A program made the position numbers and the translations under genes. Under the pieces are notes generated by a model. The model was given only the letters and a program-made list of their open reading frames with translations, had not been told where the DNA came from and did not search any database. A DNA stretch of 63,938 nt, counting the filler, from Octopus bimaculoides (Eukaryota): assembly GCF_001194135.2 (NCBI RefSeq). It is 6 parts of 6 records of this genome, joined end to end, with 100 filler letters (N's around TTAATTAATTAA, not from the genome) between each part and the next. Parts side by side here need not be neighbours in the genome. Positions count along the whole stretch, not along the records: positions 60,941 to 63,938 come from NC_069003.1; 5 more parts are not named here. The stretch is one strand, 5' to 3'. This document shows positions 62,482 through 63,938 of this stretch, in pieces. How positions within the stretch are numbered: the first letter of the stretch is position 1; each line of letters opens with the position of its first letter.

Positions 62482-63238
62482 NNNNNNNNNNNNNNNNNNN
62501 NNNNNNNNNNNNNNNNNNNNNNNNNNNNNNNNNNNNNNNNNNNNNNNNNNNNNNNNNNNNNNNNNNNNNNNNNNNNNNNNNNNNNNNNNNNNNNNNNNNN
62601 NNNNNNNNNNNNNNNNNNNNNNNNNNNNNNNNNNNNNNNNNNNNNNNNNNNNNNNNNNNNNNNNNNNNNNNNNNNNNNNNNNNNNNNNNNNNNNNNNNNN
62701 NNNNNNNNNNNNNNNNNNNNNNNNNNNNNNNNNNNNNNNNNNNNNNNNNNNNNNNNNNNNNNNNNNNNNNNNNNNNNNNNNNNNNNNNNNNNNNNNNNNN
62801 NNNNNNNNNNNNNNNNNNNNNNNNNNNNNNNNNNNNNNNNNNNNNNNNNNNNNNNNNNNNNNNNNNNNNNNNNNNNNNNNNNNNNNNNNNNNNNNNNNNN
62901 NNNNNNNNNNNNNNNNNNNNNNNNNNNNNNNNNNNNNNNNNNNNNNNNNNNNNNNNNNNNNNNNNNNNNNNNNNNNNNNNNNNNNNNNNNNNNNNNNNNN
63001 NNNNNNNNNNNNNNNNNNNNNNNNNNNNNNNNNNNNNNNNNNNNNNNNNNNNNNNNNNNNNNNNNNNNNNNNNNNNNNNNNNNNNNNNNNNNNNNNNNNN
63101 NNNNNNNNNNNNNNNNNNNNNNNNNNNNNNNNNNNNNNNNNNNNNNNNNNNNNNNNNNNNNNNNNNNNNNNNNNNNNNNNNNNNNNNNNNNNNNNNNNNN
63201 NNNNNNNNNNNNNNNNNNNNNNNNNNNNNNNNNNNNNN

Positions 63239-63270
<32 letters not shown>

Positions 63271-63279
63271 CGTATATGT

Positions 63280-63485
63280 TTGTCCCCCCAGCATCGCTTG
63301 ACAACTGATGGTGGTGTGTTTACATCCCCGTAACTTAGCGGTTCGGCAAAAAGAGACCAATAGAATAAGTACTAGGCTTCCAAAGAATAAATCCTGGGGT
63401 CGATTTGCTCGACTAAATGCAGTGCTCCAGCATGGCCGCAGTCAAATGACTGAAACAAGTAAAAGAAAGTAAAAGAAAGTAAAGT
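63280..63485 (+). mobile_element. SINE family A, 3' half; the head is probably lost in the preceding gap
   Basis: tttgtccccccagcatcgcttgacaac...gtgctccagcatggccgcagtcaaatgactgaaacaagtaaaagaaag. Confidence 0.9.
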
Positions 63486-63938
63486 ATGATTTGAGGAAAT
63501 TTGGCTGCTGTTTCTTGTAAGTCAACAGCAACAGAAGTAAGAGCAAGAACAACGACAACAACAAGAAAGTTGTTGAGCTACTAGAAATAGCAGTCGAATC
63601 ACAAACCTAGCTTCGAGGAAAAGTTAGAACACACCGAATGACTGAAGATTGTGGCTACACAAAGGCACAGTGTGTTGCTAGAACAGCTTTAATTAATAAG
63701 GTTTGATTGATTAGGACTGACCCAGGGTTAACTAACAACAACAACACCAACAACAACATTTTACTGTCTGTCTCAGCACTTGTGTGGTACCATTATCAAA
63801 GAGACAACCACAGAGAATATTGCAGTGTGTGTCTGGTAAACATTTCAACAATATCAGTAAGGCAGTGTGCAGTGGTGGTGGTGGAGGTGGAGGTGGTGGT
63901 GGTGGCAGCGGCGGTGGCGGTGGTGGTGGCGGCAGTGT

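Overview
This is an AT-rich, microsatellite-saturated, gap-ridden eukaryotic draft scaffold. The SINE families and the microsatellite load point to an octopus/coleoid genome, which is inferred from recalled repeat families and not searched. No intact multi-exon gene can be reconstructed. The best coding candidates are a plus-strand terminal exon at 24531-24694 and a decayed ankyrin-repeat fragment at 56533-56662. Most interpretable sequence is a layered transposon record. It includes a near full-length CR1-like LINE whose 3' end matches the tail of the commonest SINE, and three DD34D mariners (one full-length, one deleted, one fragment). It also holds a Tc1-like element and a DD41D fold-back element whose two arms are both transposase 3' ends. 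A Merlin element with TIRs and an 8-bp TSD sits inside a Penelope GIY-YIG remnant. A probable Penelope pLTR carries a minimal hammerhead-ribozyme motif. There are also several MITE-like long inverted repeats and several tRNA-type SINE families that share and swap modules. Most ORF-track entries are microsatellite or N-gap artefacts. Coordinates of decayed repeats are approximate (about +/-15 bp). TSD, TIR and motif coordinates were read directly.
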